64,000 nt of DNA, taken from the NCBI RefSeq assembly GCF_006345805.1, contig NC_042997.1, positions 125,736,001-125,800,000 of the forward strand. The letters run 5' to 3'. The translations under genes were made by a program, and so were the position numbers. Position 1 is the stretch's first letter; the number at the start of each line of letters is the position of its first letter. Below the pieces are notes generated by a model. The model saw nothing but the letters and a program-made list of their open reading frames with translations, ran no database searches and had not been told where the DNA came from. Origin of the DNA: Octopus sinensis (Eukaryota). Of the stretch, positions 28,780 through 40,780 are shown piece after piece.

Positions 28780-29553
28780 CAGCGTTTCTCAAACTATCTG
28801 ATGTGGCGTACCGGCAGTTTTTTTTTTCTCGTCCAGGGACTGCTAATATTTCTTAGTAATATTAATTGATACCGAAAACAATATATATAATGGATATAAT
28901 AAAAGTTGACAATCTTTTTTATCTTATAGTTATTTAGTAAACAAATAGGATCTTTTCACTTTCTTTGTAACTAAACACTTTTAAACTTCGTATACTGGTA
29001 GAATGTGTTACATAAAACATCTTTTTCTCTTGGCTTTCTTGAGAAAACTCTGTAGTTTGTAAGCTATTTGTTGTTAAATTTCTTGCATTTCGGCAATTTC
29101 AACTAATCAATGACGTCTATTGAGGTGAATACAATTTCTGCTGTTGTTTGTCGACAACAACTTCCTGCGGTCTGTATTTAGTTTGTCACTGTTATTTATG
29201 ACATATTTCATATCAGTCACGTTCGTATGAATAAAAGATTGTGGGGTTAGGGTTAGAGTTAGGGTTTGGGTTAACAACAAATAGCTTACAAACTAAAGAA
29301 TTTTCTCAAGAAAGCCAAGAGAAAAAGACGTTTTATGTAACACATTCTACCAGTATACGAAGTTTAAAAGTGTTTAGTTACAAAGAAATTATTTTTTAAA
29401 TCTGCCAGTCAAAGTGAAAAGATCCAACAAATAATACAATATTACATAAGCATTTTATAATGTTTCTTTCTTTTCTGGAAACTTGCCGCGTACGGGCAGC
29501 TGATGGCTCACAAACTGGCACTGGTCGGCGGACCACCGCTTTGAGTAGAACTG
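28780..29553. mobile_element. hAT MITE carrying a nested element
   Basis: CAGCGTTTCTCAAA / TTTGAGTAGAACTG termini; perfect 8-bp TSD CCTTAAAT. Confidence 0.8.
28948..29425. mobile_element. Long-TIR MITE (GG...CC termini, 8-bp TSD; Merlin-like assignment tentative)
   Basis: GGATCTTTTCACTTT termini, more than 100 bp inverted arms, TSD AACAAATA both sides; truncated inverted relative at about 39265-39512. Confidence 0.7.
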
Positions 29554-29889
29554 CCTTAAATAACACGCTTCTGAATAAGTAAGATATATTCAAAAAATGT
29601 AGTTGCTAACATACAACTAAGTCGGGACGATCACAGCAAAGACAGCTTGCCTTACAGGTCAGCTTAGAGATAGTTTAGGGTTAAGCAACAAACAACCGGG
29701 GTATAGAAGATGGGATCTACGTGATCACTCAACCTGTTAGAAATAGTAGCCAAATCTTACTCAAATTTATAGTTTTCTGTCTTTAAAACGAGAAAGGGAA
29801 GGTTGTTATAAAGATGGGATGATCATGTCTTGGATGTCTTTAATCATTAGGTTCGCATAATTAAGATTAATTTTTTTGGGGGGGGGGGC

Positions 29890-30032
29890 AGAAGAAGAAG
29901 AAGAAGAGAAGAAGAAGAAGAGAAGAAGAAGAAGAAGAAGAAGAAGAAGAAGAAGAAGAAGAAGAAGAAGAAAGAAGAAGAAGAAGAAGAAGAAGAAGAG
30001 AAGAAGAAGAAGAAGAAGAAGAAGAAGAAGAA
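29890..30032. repeat. (AAG)n microsatellite
   Basis: Direct reading. Confidence 0.95.
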
Positions 30033-30185
30033 ACAGCAACTAGGGGGAAGAATTTTTTGACTAGATTAAGATTGTAGAGTTAGTTTTATTCCCCCTACAT
30101 TTCGACAGGTTTATTCTCCAGCCATCTTCAGGTAATTTGTGTGCATACTACTACAGCTATCTCTCTCCCTCTTTATCTCTATCTT

Positions 30186-30272
<87 letters not shown>

Positions 30273-30342
30273 TAGTGACCTCTGGCTGTCAAGCAGGAAA
30301 GCAAAACGAAAAAGGAATCTAATGAGAGTAATCTCCCTCGAC

Positions 30343-30377
30343 CTTCTCGAAAATTCTCGGATATTCTAGAAGCTTTC
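30343..30377 (+). promoter_or_regulatory. Heat-shock element (HSF binding array), 7 pentamer units
   Basis: TTC(30344)-tc-GAA(30349)-aa-TTC(30354)-tc-GGA(30359)-ta-TTC(30364)-ta-GAA(30369)-gc-TTT(30374): exact 5-bp alternation, 5 perfect and 2 single-mismatch units. Confidence 0.8.
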
Positions 30378-30382
30378 AATTA

Positions 30383-30570
30383 ACTTCCGGATGACGTGGA
30401 AGTCAGGGTCTTCCGATTCGTACCTTATATAAAGCGAACGCAATTCTAATTTCGCATTCCTTTTGTCTGTCAGTTCCTAGGCGTACGCCTTGAGCTACGC
30501 CACTCGCACACACGCGCATGCGCGCATATTCGCCTCATTTACTTTGAAACATGTAGTTAACAAAGTATGT
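30383..30570 (+). promoter_or_regulatory. Core promoter and probable non-coding first exon (ETS, UPRE/CRE-like, TATA, initiator, NRF1-like, donor)
   Basis: ACTTCCGG 30383-30390; TGACGTGG 30392-30399; TATATAAAG 30426-30434; GCATTCC about 28 nt after TATA and TCAGTT 30470-30475; GCGCATGCGC 30514-30523; candidate donor AAA|GTATGT at 30565. Locally CpG-rich. Confidence 0.6.
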
Positions 30571-30852
30571 TCATGTAATATGTTAGAAGCCTTTTCGTTC
30601 AAACTATTCTTATATGTTAATGCATTACATCCAATCATAAATATGTTATGACTTATGAATGTCTCACAAGTTCTTATTTTTCTTGTCGTTTTACGTACAA
30701 GAGGGTGACCCCTCTTCCTCGCATGCAATTGTAAAATTGTAGGTTGTCGCATACTGACATCACTACACACTCATCATTCAGAGACTCGTGGACCATATCA
30801 AACCTGCACCGCCTCTCCGAACTACATAAAATCATCATCGCTTTATTCATTA

Positions 30853-31229
30853 CTAGCAGTATCGCCCGGCGTTGCTCGAGTTTGTTTCGACCCTTTAGAA
30901 TTGGAATTTTTGAAAAGTAAAAATTTTGCATTATGTAGCTTGTTATTCTCTTTAAGTGAACATTTTTCTGGTTGAAATACACCGAAAAATGGCGACACAG
31001 CAGTCAAAAAATCGTAAAACAAATAGGGATTTTCATAGAAAAAAAAGCACATATTTTATGTAAATAATTTTTGGTGTTAACATGGTCCGATTTGAATTTT
31101 TTCTTCTACGGAAGAAAGAGCAAGCCTTCTTCTAACATACTTTCAGTTTTGGTCAACTTGCGCCGCAGGGTCTCGTTGAAGGCTACCAAACCTGCCATAC
31201 ACAGACAACTTCAGCTTTATATACATAGA
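30853..31229 (-). mobile_element. Non-autonomous Helitron, same terminal family as 15442-16080
   Basis: Minus strand A|TCTATGTATATAAAGCTGAAGTTG ... CTCGAGCAACGCCGGGCGATACTGCTAG|T. Confidence 0.85.
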
Positions 31230-31354
31230 TTTTTAGGGCGGTGAGCTGGCAGAGGTTTTAGCACGCCGGGCAGAATAATTAGCAGCATTTCGTCCGCTTT
31301 TGCGTCCTGAGTTCAAATTCCACAGAGGTTAATTTTTGCCTTTCATCTTTTTAG

Positions 31355-31740
31355 GTGTAGGAGTGGCTGTGTTGTAAGTAGCTTGCTTACCAACAACATG
31401 GTTCCGAGTTCAGTCCCACTGTGCGTCACCTTGGGCAAGTGTCTTCTATTATAGCCTCAGACCGGCCAAAGCCTTGTGAGTGGATTTGGTAGACGGAAAC
31501 TGAAAGAAGCCCTTCGTATATATGTATATGTGTGTGTTTGTGTTTGTCCCCCCCCCAACATCGCTTGACAACCGACGGTGGTGTGTTTACGTCCCCGTAA
31601 CTTAGTGGTTCGGTAAAAGAGACCGATAGAATAAGTACTAGGCTTACAAAGAATAAGTCCTGGAGTCGATTTGCTCGACTAAAAGCGGGGCTCCAGTATG
31701 GCCACAGTCAAATGACTGAAACAAGTAAAAGAGTAAAAGG
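31355..31740 (+). mobile_element. tRNA-derived SINE family B (representative full copy)
   Basis: Head TGGCTGTG..GGT (A box), GTTCAGTCCC (B box), CCTTGGGCAAGTGTCTT central domain, internal (TA)/(TG)n, tail GGCCACAGTCAAATGACTGAAAC. Other copies near 2745-3060(+), 22552-22995(-), 26697-27150(-), 31975-32355(-), 54860-55010(-), 57175-57475(-), 57495-57845(+), 63630-64000(+). Confidence 0.85.
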
Positions 31741-32145
31741 GTAAACTGATTAAGGAACTTGCAATAAAATCTCTTAAGTTTGCAACAAATGCCAGGAAGG
31801 AATCACAATCTTTGATGATCTTCCCTCTTCTCTGGTGACACTACATACATAACATTGTTAAAACCGCTCCCCACCATCAAACACAAACATATCTCTTCAA
31901 AGCCATAGAATACGCTCTAAACATATGTTGACCCTCTACAAAATTCAAGTAACACACGCACATATATATATTCTTTAATCTTTTACTTGTTTCAGGCATG
32001 CTGGAGCACCGCCTTTGGTCGAACAAATCGCCCCCAGAATTATTCTTTGTAAGCCTATCGGTGTTTTTTTTACCGAACCGCTACGTTACGGAGACGTAAA
32101 CCCACCCAAAACGGTTGTCAAGTGATGGTGGGGGGCACAAACACA

Positions 32146-32193
<48 letters not shown>

Positions 32194-32706
32194 CACATAC
32201 ATACGACGGACTTCTTTCAGTTTCCGTCAACCAAATCTACTCACAAGGCTTTGGTCGGCCCGAAAAGACACTTACCCAAGATGCCACGCAGTGGGACTGA
32301 ACCCGGAACCATGTGGTTGGGAAGCAAGCGTCTTACCACACAGCCACGCCTGCACCTATATATATGTGTGCGTGTGTGTGTGTGATGTAATATTATATTT
32401 GCTTGTAAAGTTGCTCTTCAGCACCACTTTTATTTTTTAATCCACAACTATTGTAAAAAATTTTGTGATATTTTTTATGAGATCTTTCTGACAATCATCT
32501 TGCTCAGTGTGTTTAGTATGTGTCACAGGTGTTGGTTCCTTCTCTAAATTACAAAATAGTTGATGTAGAGATTTGAATAACTGGTCAGAAGAAAAAAATT
32601 GATTTTTGTCATGCGAAAACTAAATAATACAATATTTGTTTCAAATACAGTATAGCGTCAGATATTTCTTTTTAAAAAAATGGCATACGTATAGTAATTT
32701 CTCACA

Positions 32707-33200
32707 TAGTTACAGGGTTAGACATTTTGTGAGAGGGAACAGTTGAAGATGTAAGGGGCCGAAGATGTAAGGGGGCCGTACGATGTGAAGGGACGAGGAT
32801 GGTTCCTTCGTACCACATCACACGGCTGCTACAATGAAGAAAAATTGGATAGAACATATAAATGTCAGAGCGAAAAAGACACAAGCGCGAAGAATGATTA
32901 AGAGAACATTTATTGCTATGTTAACATGTGAGTCTGTGTGTGTGGTCGGTGACTAGACTTTATAAGGTCTAGAACCAATGACCCCTGAGCGAGGAAAAAA
33001 TGAGTTTTTATAAGGAGTTGTAGACTCAAACAGGGTAGTAAACAGACTGTCCCACGTGATCCTATTTAGAGCTTCCGACTGGTTATACACGGCAAGTTGG
33101 CGCAATCGAGTAAGAAACAAACTGCGCCAATACCAACCAATCAGAGTATGGACACAACGGGATCCAAATAGCGGCCAAAGGCTAGCTGTTACCTGTTATG
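32707..33200 (-). mobile_element. Possible solo LTR / promoter-bearing repeat
   Basis: Minus-strand order: two CCAAT boxes, E-box CACGTG (33053), TATAAAA (33006-33012), AATAAA near 32910; degenerate (A)GTTACAGG / CCTGTTA ends. Confidence 0.35.
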
Positions 33201-34242
33201 TTCGAATGCACGTATATATAATGAATGGGAGAGAGGAATTTCACCCGAGTCTACGCTACGAAGATATTGATCCCAGTGCTTGAATAGTACTTCAGTTGAT
33301 TGACCCCGGTAGCTTGACATGTAAAGTTGACCTCTGCGCCATTTGAATTCAGAACGTAAAGGTCTGTATCTAAACACCGTCAAGTATTCTGTCCGATGAT
33401 CTTACGATTCTACCAACACATCGCCCTCAATGAAGTGAATCAACAGAATTTTTAAAAAAACAATAATATTACATAGCTCGGCAAAACATGTTCTTCAAGA
33501 GAATGAATCATTTAGTTATGAGGAACAGAGGAAATTTGACGTTCCAAGTAGAACAACTTCGTCAGAGAGAGAGAAGGAGGGAGATTAAATATTTACTGTT
33601 TCCCACAAATAATTCTATCTCACACGTTATTAGATATCTTTTTTTCCTCAGGACAAAATTACTTATTCGACATTTTTTTATCGAAGAGCCATTAAACTGG
33701 TCCGTAGTATAAACCTTGTAGACCAGTTAAGTATGAAAAGATAATCCATCTTCTGTGGAATTTGAACTGGAAACGTAAAAGAAAGTAGTTAGATACTACT
33801 GGTCTACCGATTCTGCCAATATCGACCCACGCACTCACATACACACACTCACACACACGCGCGCACACACACACACACTCAGTCACTCATACGCACACGT
33901 GATATCTTAATGTTAACTATGCAAAGGTGATGTAATGGCAGGGATGTTAGCGAACTAGACTAAATGACTAAACGTCTGTATTATTTAATACGCAATATTT
34001 AATTGCGTCTGAGGCGGCGAGCTGGAAGAATCGTTAACACGTCAGACGAAATGCTTAGAGGCATTTCGTCCGTCCTTACAGTCTGACTTCAAATTCCACC
34101 GAAATCGGCTTTGCTTTTCATCCTTTCGGGGTCGGTAAAAAAAGTACCAGTTGAACAGTGGGGTCGATGTAATCGATTTACCTCCTCCCCCGAACTTTCT
34201 GGCTTTGTACCAAAATCCGAAATCAATATTTAATTATTTTCT

Positions 34243-34640
34243 TAGGCGGTGAGCTGGCAGAAACGTTAGCACACCGGGCGAAATGCTTAGCGGTATTTCG
34301 TCTGCAGCTACGTTCTGAGTTCAAATTCCGCCGAGGTCGACTTTGCCTTTCATCCTTTCGGGGTCGATTAAATAAGTACCAGTTAAGCACTAGGGTCGAT
34401 ATAATAGACTTAATCCGTTTGTCTGTCCTTGTTTGTCCTCTCTATGTTTAGCCCCTTGTGGGTAATAAAGAAATAGGTATTTCATCTGCCGTTACGTTCT
34501 GAGTTCAAATTCCGCCGAGGTCGACTTTGCCTTTCATCCTTTCGGGGTCGATAAATTAAATACCAGTTGGGTACTGGGGTCGATCTAATCGACTGGCTCT
34601 CTCCCTGAAAATTTCGGGCCTTGTGCCTAGAGTAGAAAAG
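34243..34640 (+). mobile_element. tRNA-derived SINE family A (representative dimeric copy within cluster 34010-35110)
   Basis: Head GGCGGTGAGCTGGCAG (A box) ... GAGTTCAAATTCC (B box), central GCCTTTCATCCTTTCGGGGTCGAT..AAGTACCAG. Other copies near 1595-1996(-), 16790-17147(-), 23615-24010(-), 36425-36760(+), 38760-39070(+), 39783-40200(+), 41050-41600(+), 52570-52780(-), 58396-58600(+), 59280-59500(-). Confidence 0.85.
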
Positions 34641-36774
34641 AATATTTAATTACTTTCTAAGGCAGCGAGCTGGCTGAATTCCATTAACATTCCGGACGAA
34701 ACGCTTAACGGTATTTTGTCCGTATTTACATTCTGGGTTTGAATCTGACTTTGCCTTTCTCCCTTTCGGGGTCAGTAAAATAAGTGCCAGTTAAGCACTG
34801 GGATCGATTTAAGTAACTTAGCCCCTACCCCAAAACTGCTGGCTTTGTACCAAAATTTGAAATCAATATTTATTTACCTATTTCTTTATTACCCACAAGG
34901 GGCTAAACACAGAGGGGACAAACAAGGACAGACATAGGTATTAAGTCGATTACATCGACCCCAGTGCGTAACTGGTACTTAATTTATCGACCCTGAAAGG
35001 ATGAAAGGCAAAGTCGACCTCGGCGGAATTTGAACTCACAACATAACGCAGACGAAATACCGCTAAGCATTTCGCCCGGCGTGCTAACGTTTCTGCCAGC
35101 TCGTCGCCTTGATCAATATTTATTTACCGTTTACGTTCAAATAGAACAGGGGTTGACTGCCTTTTATTCCTACTGGGGTGTCAATAAATGATAAGTAATG
35201 CTTTGAGGTCGTTTCAATCACTTTTGTCCTCCTCCTCTTCCTCCTGTTCTTCCTATAAATTGTATGTCATTGTACCAAAGTCAGAAATATTTATTAAATG
35301 TATAACACTTAATATAACGTATCAGCGGTTTTACGGTTGTGTAATATACAGAGAAATGTGAAATGGTAAGAAAATAGTCAGGTGGAATTGGAAGCTAAAG
35401 AGTACTGTTTCATTCAAAGAATGGGTGGAATGCACTCGAGGCTCGACTCTTAAAGAAAAAAAAATATTTCTCTTGTTAATTCTTTATTTTTATAGCCCAC
35501 CAGTCACGAAATCTCTTACCTCTGTATTGCTTCTCTGACAATTTTGATTAGAGGTGCAGATTTTTTTTTTTTTTTTTTGTCTATCTGTCTAGAAACTTCT
35601 GTTTTGTTATGTTACTACTGCAACAAAAACTGCAGCAGCTTTTGTTGTTGTTGTCGTCGTGATCGCCGTCGTCGTGGTCGTCGTCGTCATTATTTTTACT
35701 GCTGGCATAGTCTAGATAATAGAGATGTAGTGAAGATGAGAAGCGACGGGATGAAAGAGATAAAAATGAATTATATAAGCAAAAAGTTGTCAAATATTAT
35801 GGCTCAACTATTTCATATATCCATTTTTTTATTATTATTATTATTATTTGCACTCCGTTTCTAGAATGTAGCTGTGTCGGCCAGCATTCGAAGATATTTT
35901 CTCTTTATACATGTGCTTTGGGAAAAAGTGTGAATACCACTCGCTCTCTTTGATCCCCTACCCGCTGAGAATTGATGATCTGGTGACCTTAGTGCTTAGA
36001 TATTACGTAAAATCATTTCAATATGTGACTGCGATATTCTAAATTCGCTCCAATCGTTTTAACACACACACACACACATTCACTGAATACACTAAAAATA
36101 GACTTTTAAGTTGCTACACCACAAATATGTGTTAACAACAATAGAGCTGAGGGAAAATACCTCAGCGGAGCTTTATACATATTAAATATGTGTGTTGGCT
36201 TCTCTTACAGAAATGTGAGACTTAATTTATTCGTTATGATCAAGAGTGACCAACCGGTCCGGTGATTCTTGATATTCTTATGCAACCCCTACGCAAACGC
36301 ACGCCTACACACACAAACACACACACACACACACTTTATGAAACAAGTCACTAATATTTTCTTGTACATTGTCCTTGTGGAAAATTCCAAAAATAAATGG
36401 CAATAATTATTATTGTTATTAGAAGGGCGGCGTAAGTCGGCGATCTGGCAGGATCGTTAGCGCATTGGACGAAAATAATTTGTGGTATTTCTTCCGATTC
36501 CTTCAGTAAATGGTTGGCATCGATGTAATCGACTTGTTTCCTCCCTTCAAAATAGCTGGCCTTCTACCAAAATTAGAATGAGTTATTCGAAGGACGGTAA
36601 GGTGGCAAGTTCTGAGTTCAAATTTACACCGAGGTCGACTTTGCTTTTCATCTTTTAGGAATCGATAAATGAAGAACAAGTCGAGTACAGGGGCCGATGG
36701 TATCGACATACCTCTTTCCTTGATATTGCTGATCTCGTGCAAAATGTTAGAAAGAATTATTAAAAGGATGCTAT

Positions 36775-38490
36775 AATGTTGTCGGACAAACAGGCGACTA
36801 AACATCAGCAAATTAGAACGATACAAGGTGAAACAGAACCACAGTGAAGACCTTAGAAGCAAACTGAGCCAACTTGACATTGGTACAAAAGTAGCTAAAG
36901 AGGACTGAGTGATGTTCAGAGACGTGGTATACAACACTGCACTCACTCATCTGGGCCAGAACACGCGTGGACTCCAAGACTGGTTTGACGAAAACAATGA
37001 AGAAATTTAGAAGATACTCGATGAAAAGCAGGACAGCAGATCGGCTCCCGAGAAAGCAGCCTAGACTGCTATCAAAAGCAAGATGCAGGCAAAGCTCAGA
37101 GAAATGAAGGATTCCTGGCTCAACAACAAGGTGGATAAAATACAGAAGTATGCTGACAGCAACAACTTCAAGCACTTCTATGATACCCTGAAAGTCATCT
37201 ACGGGTTTCAGTCAACTGGAACATCACCACTGCTCAATGCTGACGGGATTATTTTCCTCACTGACAAAAATGCAACCCTGAAAAGATAGGCAGAACACTT
37301 CAACAAAGTCCTGGCCAGGCTTTTCTCGATCAACGCTGAGGTTATTGCTCGCAAGCCCCAGTTGACATCAACACTTCTCTGGCAGAACATCCAACAGATG
37401 CAGAGGTTCAGAAAGCGGTTAAACTTCTCTCAAATGGCAAGGCGCCAGGCTCTGACGCCATCTCAGCTGAAATATACAAGGTAGTGGGGGACAGTCTTGG
37501 CGCAAAAGCTCACCAACCTCTTTCAGACCATATGGCAACAGGAAATTGTTGTCGGGAGTTCAAGGATGCTTTTATTGTCCGTCTCTACAAGAAAAATAAG
37601 AACAGACAGTCCTGTGACAACCACTGAGGAATTTATCTCGTTACATTGCTGATATGATGCTCGCAAGAGTCCTCCTTAACCGCCTCCTCAACACATAGAA
37701 AACAGGCATCTACCAGAGAGTCAGTGACTTCAGAGAGGGCCCAGGGATAGTCAACATGAAATTTGCAGCACGTTAACTCCAGAAGTTTCAGGAATAAAAC
37801 AGGGACCTATATACGACGTTTGAAAACTTAACAAAGGCCTTAGACACCGTCAGTCATGAGGGATTTTGGATGATCATAGAAAAGTTCGGCTGCCCAGACA
37901 AATTCATTAGCCCAGTGCGTCACCTTCATGACGGCATGCTCGCTCAGGTGCTGGACAATGGAGATTCTTCCGTTGCATTTCCAGTCACCAACGGAATGAA
38001 GCAAGGCTGAGTACTTACACCTATGCTGTTCAACATGATGTTCTGAACCATAGTGACGGATGCTTTCCGCAACATCGACGAAACCAGAGTCAAGATCAGA
38101 CTCAGGATTGATGGCAGACTCTTCAACCTGCTGAGACTACAGGCAAAGACCAAGGTAAAAGCGCTCCAAAGACATATTTAAAGCCTCTCTGAAGTGCTTT
38201 TAGATCAACCGCAACACCTGGGAAATGCAGACACCGGACCACCTTGCCCAGTGTAACTGCACCAACAGAGGTACCACCTCCTACGAACAGAACAAGATCG
38301 CGGGAGCACAAAGAGAACGTGAGCTGCGCAAGTCCAGGGCCAACTCTTTGCCTTCATTCCCAGTAGGTCACCAGTAGCTGACCTGTAGCAGAAACTTCCG
38401 AGCATGCTTCAGCCTGGTCAGCTATAGCCGGACGCAGCATGGTCCATCTTCTTCTCCCTGGTCATCGTTGACAACAGCGGACGAATATCA
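36775..38490 (+). mobile_element. Degenerate RTE (BovB-like) LINE fragment, RT catalytic core deleted
   Basis: DWFDENN, IQKYADSNNFKHFYDTLKVIYG, NGKAPGSDAI, EKFGCPDKFI, FPVTNGMKQG; jumps from LRLQAKTKVK to KDIFKASL. Confidence 0.8.
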
Positions 38491-40609
38491 TTACGAACCA
38501 ACGGGCAAAGTAAAACACTATGAACTCTATAGGCATAACTACAGCATACATAAATTAGCATTGAGTCCCCTAGGTCCTTGAGGCTGTCGGACAACTGACC
38601 AGTGTGTCTATGCCTTAAGACAGTGCTGGGTGGAGCGCCGAACTAAATATCATACAATATTCAGTTTCTTTGTTGGTTTTGTGTTTTGTTTTTGTTTTTT
38701 TTTTGGGGGGGGGGGGTGAGGCGGAAGGGTGGTCTGAATTCAGACCGCGCCGAGACAGATTTTACCTCTTAATATTTCTATACCAGTTCTGAGTTCAAAT
38801 TCCGCCGAAGTCGACTTTGCCTTTCATCCTTTCGGTGTCGATAAAATAAATATCAGGTGCGGACAGGGGTCGATCTAATCGACTGGCTCCCTCCCCAAAA
38901 ATTTCGGGCCTTGTGCCTAGAGTAGAAAAGAATATTTCTGTACCAGTCTCAAATTCTGCCAAGGTCGACTTTTGAGGCCAACAAATTAAGTACCGTTTGG
39001 ACACCGAGGTCGTTGTAATCGACTTAACTCTCTCCCCCGAAAATGCTAGCCTTGAATTAAAATTTGAATTGAAATTTGAAATATTTCTATACCAGTCACG
39101 TACTGAGGTTAAAACATAATCGATTATTCTCTCTCATAAAATGCGCCCTTTCGTGGCAAGTTTAGAAGTTATTATTGTTATTGTAGCCACCGCCGCTTCC
39201 GTCGATGTCGTTGTTTAGCCCAGGGTCAGCCTCGACCAGGAAAAAGACTTAATATCAAATATACACCGCCGGAAGTTCTTATTGACAAACGACAGCAGTA
39301 ATTCTATTCAGCTGAATACACGTCATTGATTGGTTGAAATTACCGAAATAGGACAACTTTAACGTGAAATAACTTCGTAAATATAAGTTTTTCTCAAAAA
39401 TGCTAAGAGTAAAAGATGTTTTATATGACATATTCTACCAGGGCCGAAGTTTGAAAATGTTTGGTTACAAAAAATTATTTTTTTAAATCTGTCGGTCAAA
39501 AGGTAAAGATCCCAAAGATGTCCCGGCAGTGAACATTTCATCTTGTTTATCCTAGACTTTGTCCTTCCTGTCTTAAAGACGGTGTGATTTGAAGGAAATT
39601 TAGCTGCTATTTCAAGCATGTGAAGTAATCACGTAGAGACTTTTGCTGTGACCCATTATTATCGTCGTTGTTTATGCTAAGAGATGTGAATTGGCGATTT
39701 AGCAGACTCTTTAAACAATCAGTGTAAAATACTTTTCGGCATTTGGTTCTGTGCTCAAATCTTACCAAGACTAGCTTTTTCTTAAGGCGGCGAACTGGCA
39801 GAAACGTTAGCACGCCGGGCGAAATGCTTAGTGGTATTTCGTCTGGCGCTACGTTCTGAGTTCAAATTCCACCGAGGTCGACTTTGCCTTTCATCCTTTC
39901 GGGGTCGATAAATTAAATACCAGTTACGCACTGGGGTCGATATAATCGACTTAATCCGTTTGTCTGTCCTTGTTTGTCCTCTCTGTGTTTAGCCCCTTGT
40001 GGGTAGTAAAGAAATAGGTATTTCGTCTGCCGCTACGTTCTGAGTTCAAATTCCGCCGTGGTCGACTTTGCCTTTCATCCTTTCGGGTTCGATAAATTAA
40101 GTACCAGTTACGCACTGATTCGATGTAATCGACTTAATCCGTTTGTCTGTCCTTGTTTGTCCCCTGTATGTTAGCCCCTTGTGGGCAATAAAGAAATAAA
40201 ACTAGCTTTTTCTTTTAGGTAGCAATAGATAAAGTACCAGTCAAATACTGGAGTTTTTAAGGTGGGGGGGGATCTTCGTTGTTGTTTTCTATTTCACTCA
40301 TCCAGTTTTAGCTACGATGTGCAGTGAGGGATTCATGGAAGACTACTGACAGTATCTGCGATATCAAGATCTTACTGGCATAATCAAAAAGTTCAGAAGT
40401 GCTAACCACATTCCGGACAAAATGACGCTAAGCATTTCGCCTGGTGTGCTAACAATTCTGCCAGCTCACCACTTTAAGCCCCAAAATAGTATTAGTCAAT
40501 GTTTTTTTGTCACTGCATAATTAATTCTAATTAATATATTCAAGGTTCGCTGCATTCAGTATATCAACAACGAGCGATCCAAATTTTGAATTCTATGAAT
40601 AAATAAATA

Positions 40610-40692
40610 GACAGACAGACAGACAGACAGATAGACAGATAGACAGATAGATAGATAGACAGATAGATAGATAGACAGATAGATAGATAGAC

Positions 40693-40761
<69 letters not shown>

Positions 40762-40780
40762 TAGATAGATAGATAGATGG
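40610..40780. repeat. (GATA/GACA)n microsatellite
   Basis: Direct reading. Confidence 0.95.

Noticed and set aside
29245-29272. TTAGGG-like repeats as interstitial telomere
   Set aside because: Only about four degenerate units, inside a MITE bounded by TSDs.
31355-31430. tRNA gene
   Set aside because: A/B boxes belong to SINE heads; no complete cloverleaf.
34243-35110. Regularly recurring about 30-bp palindromic motifs resembling a CRISPR array
   Set aside because: They are SINE A units; the spacers are also repeated and the DNA is eukaryotic.
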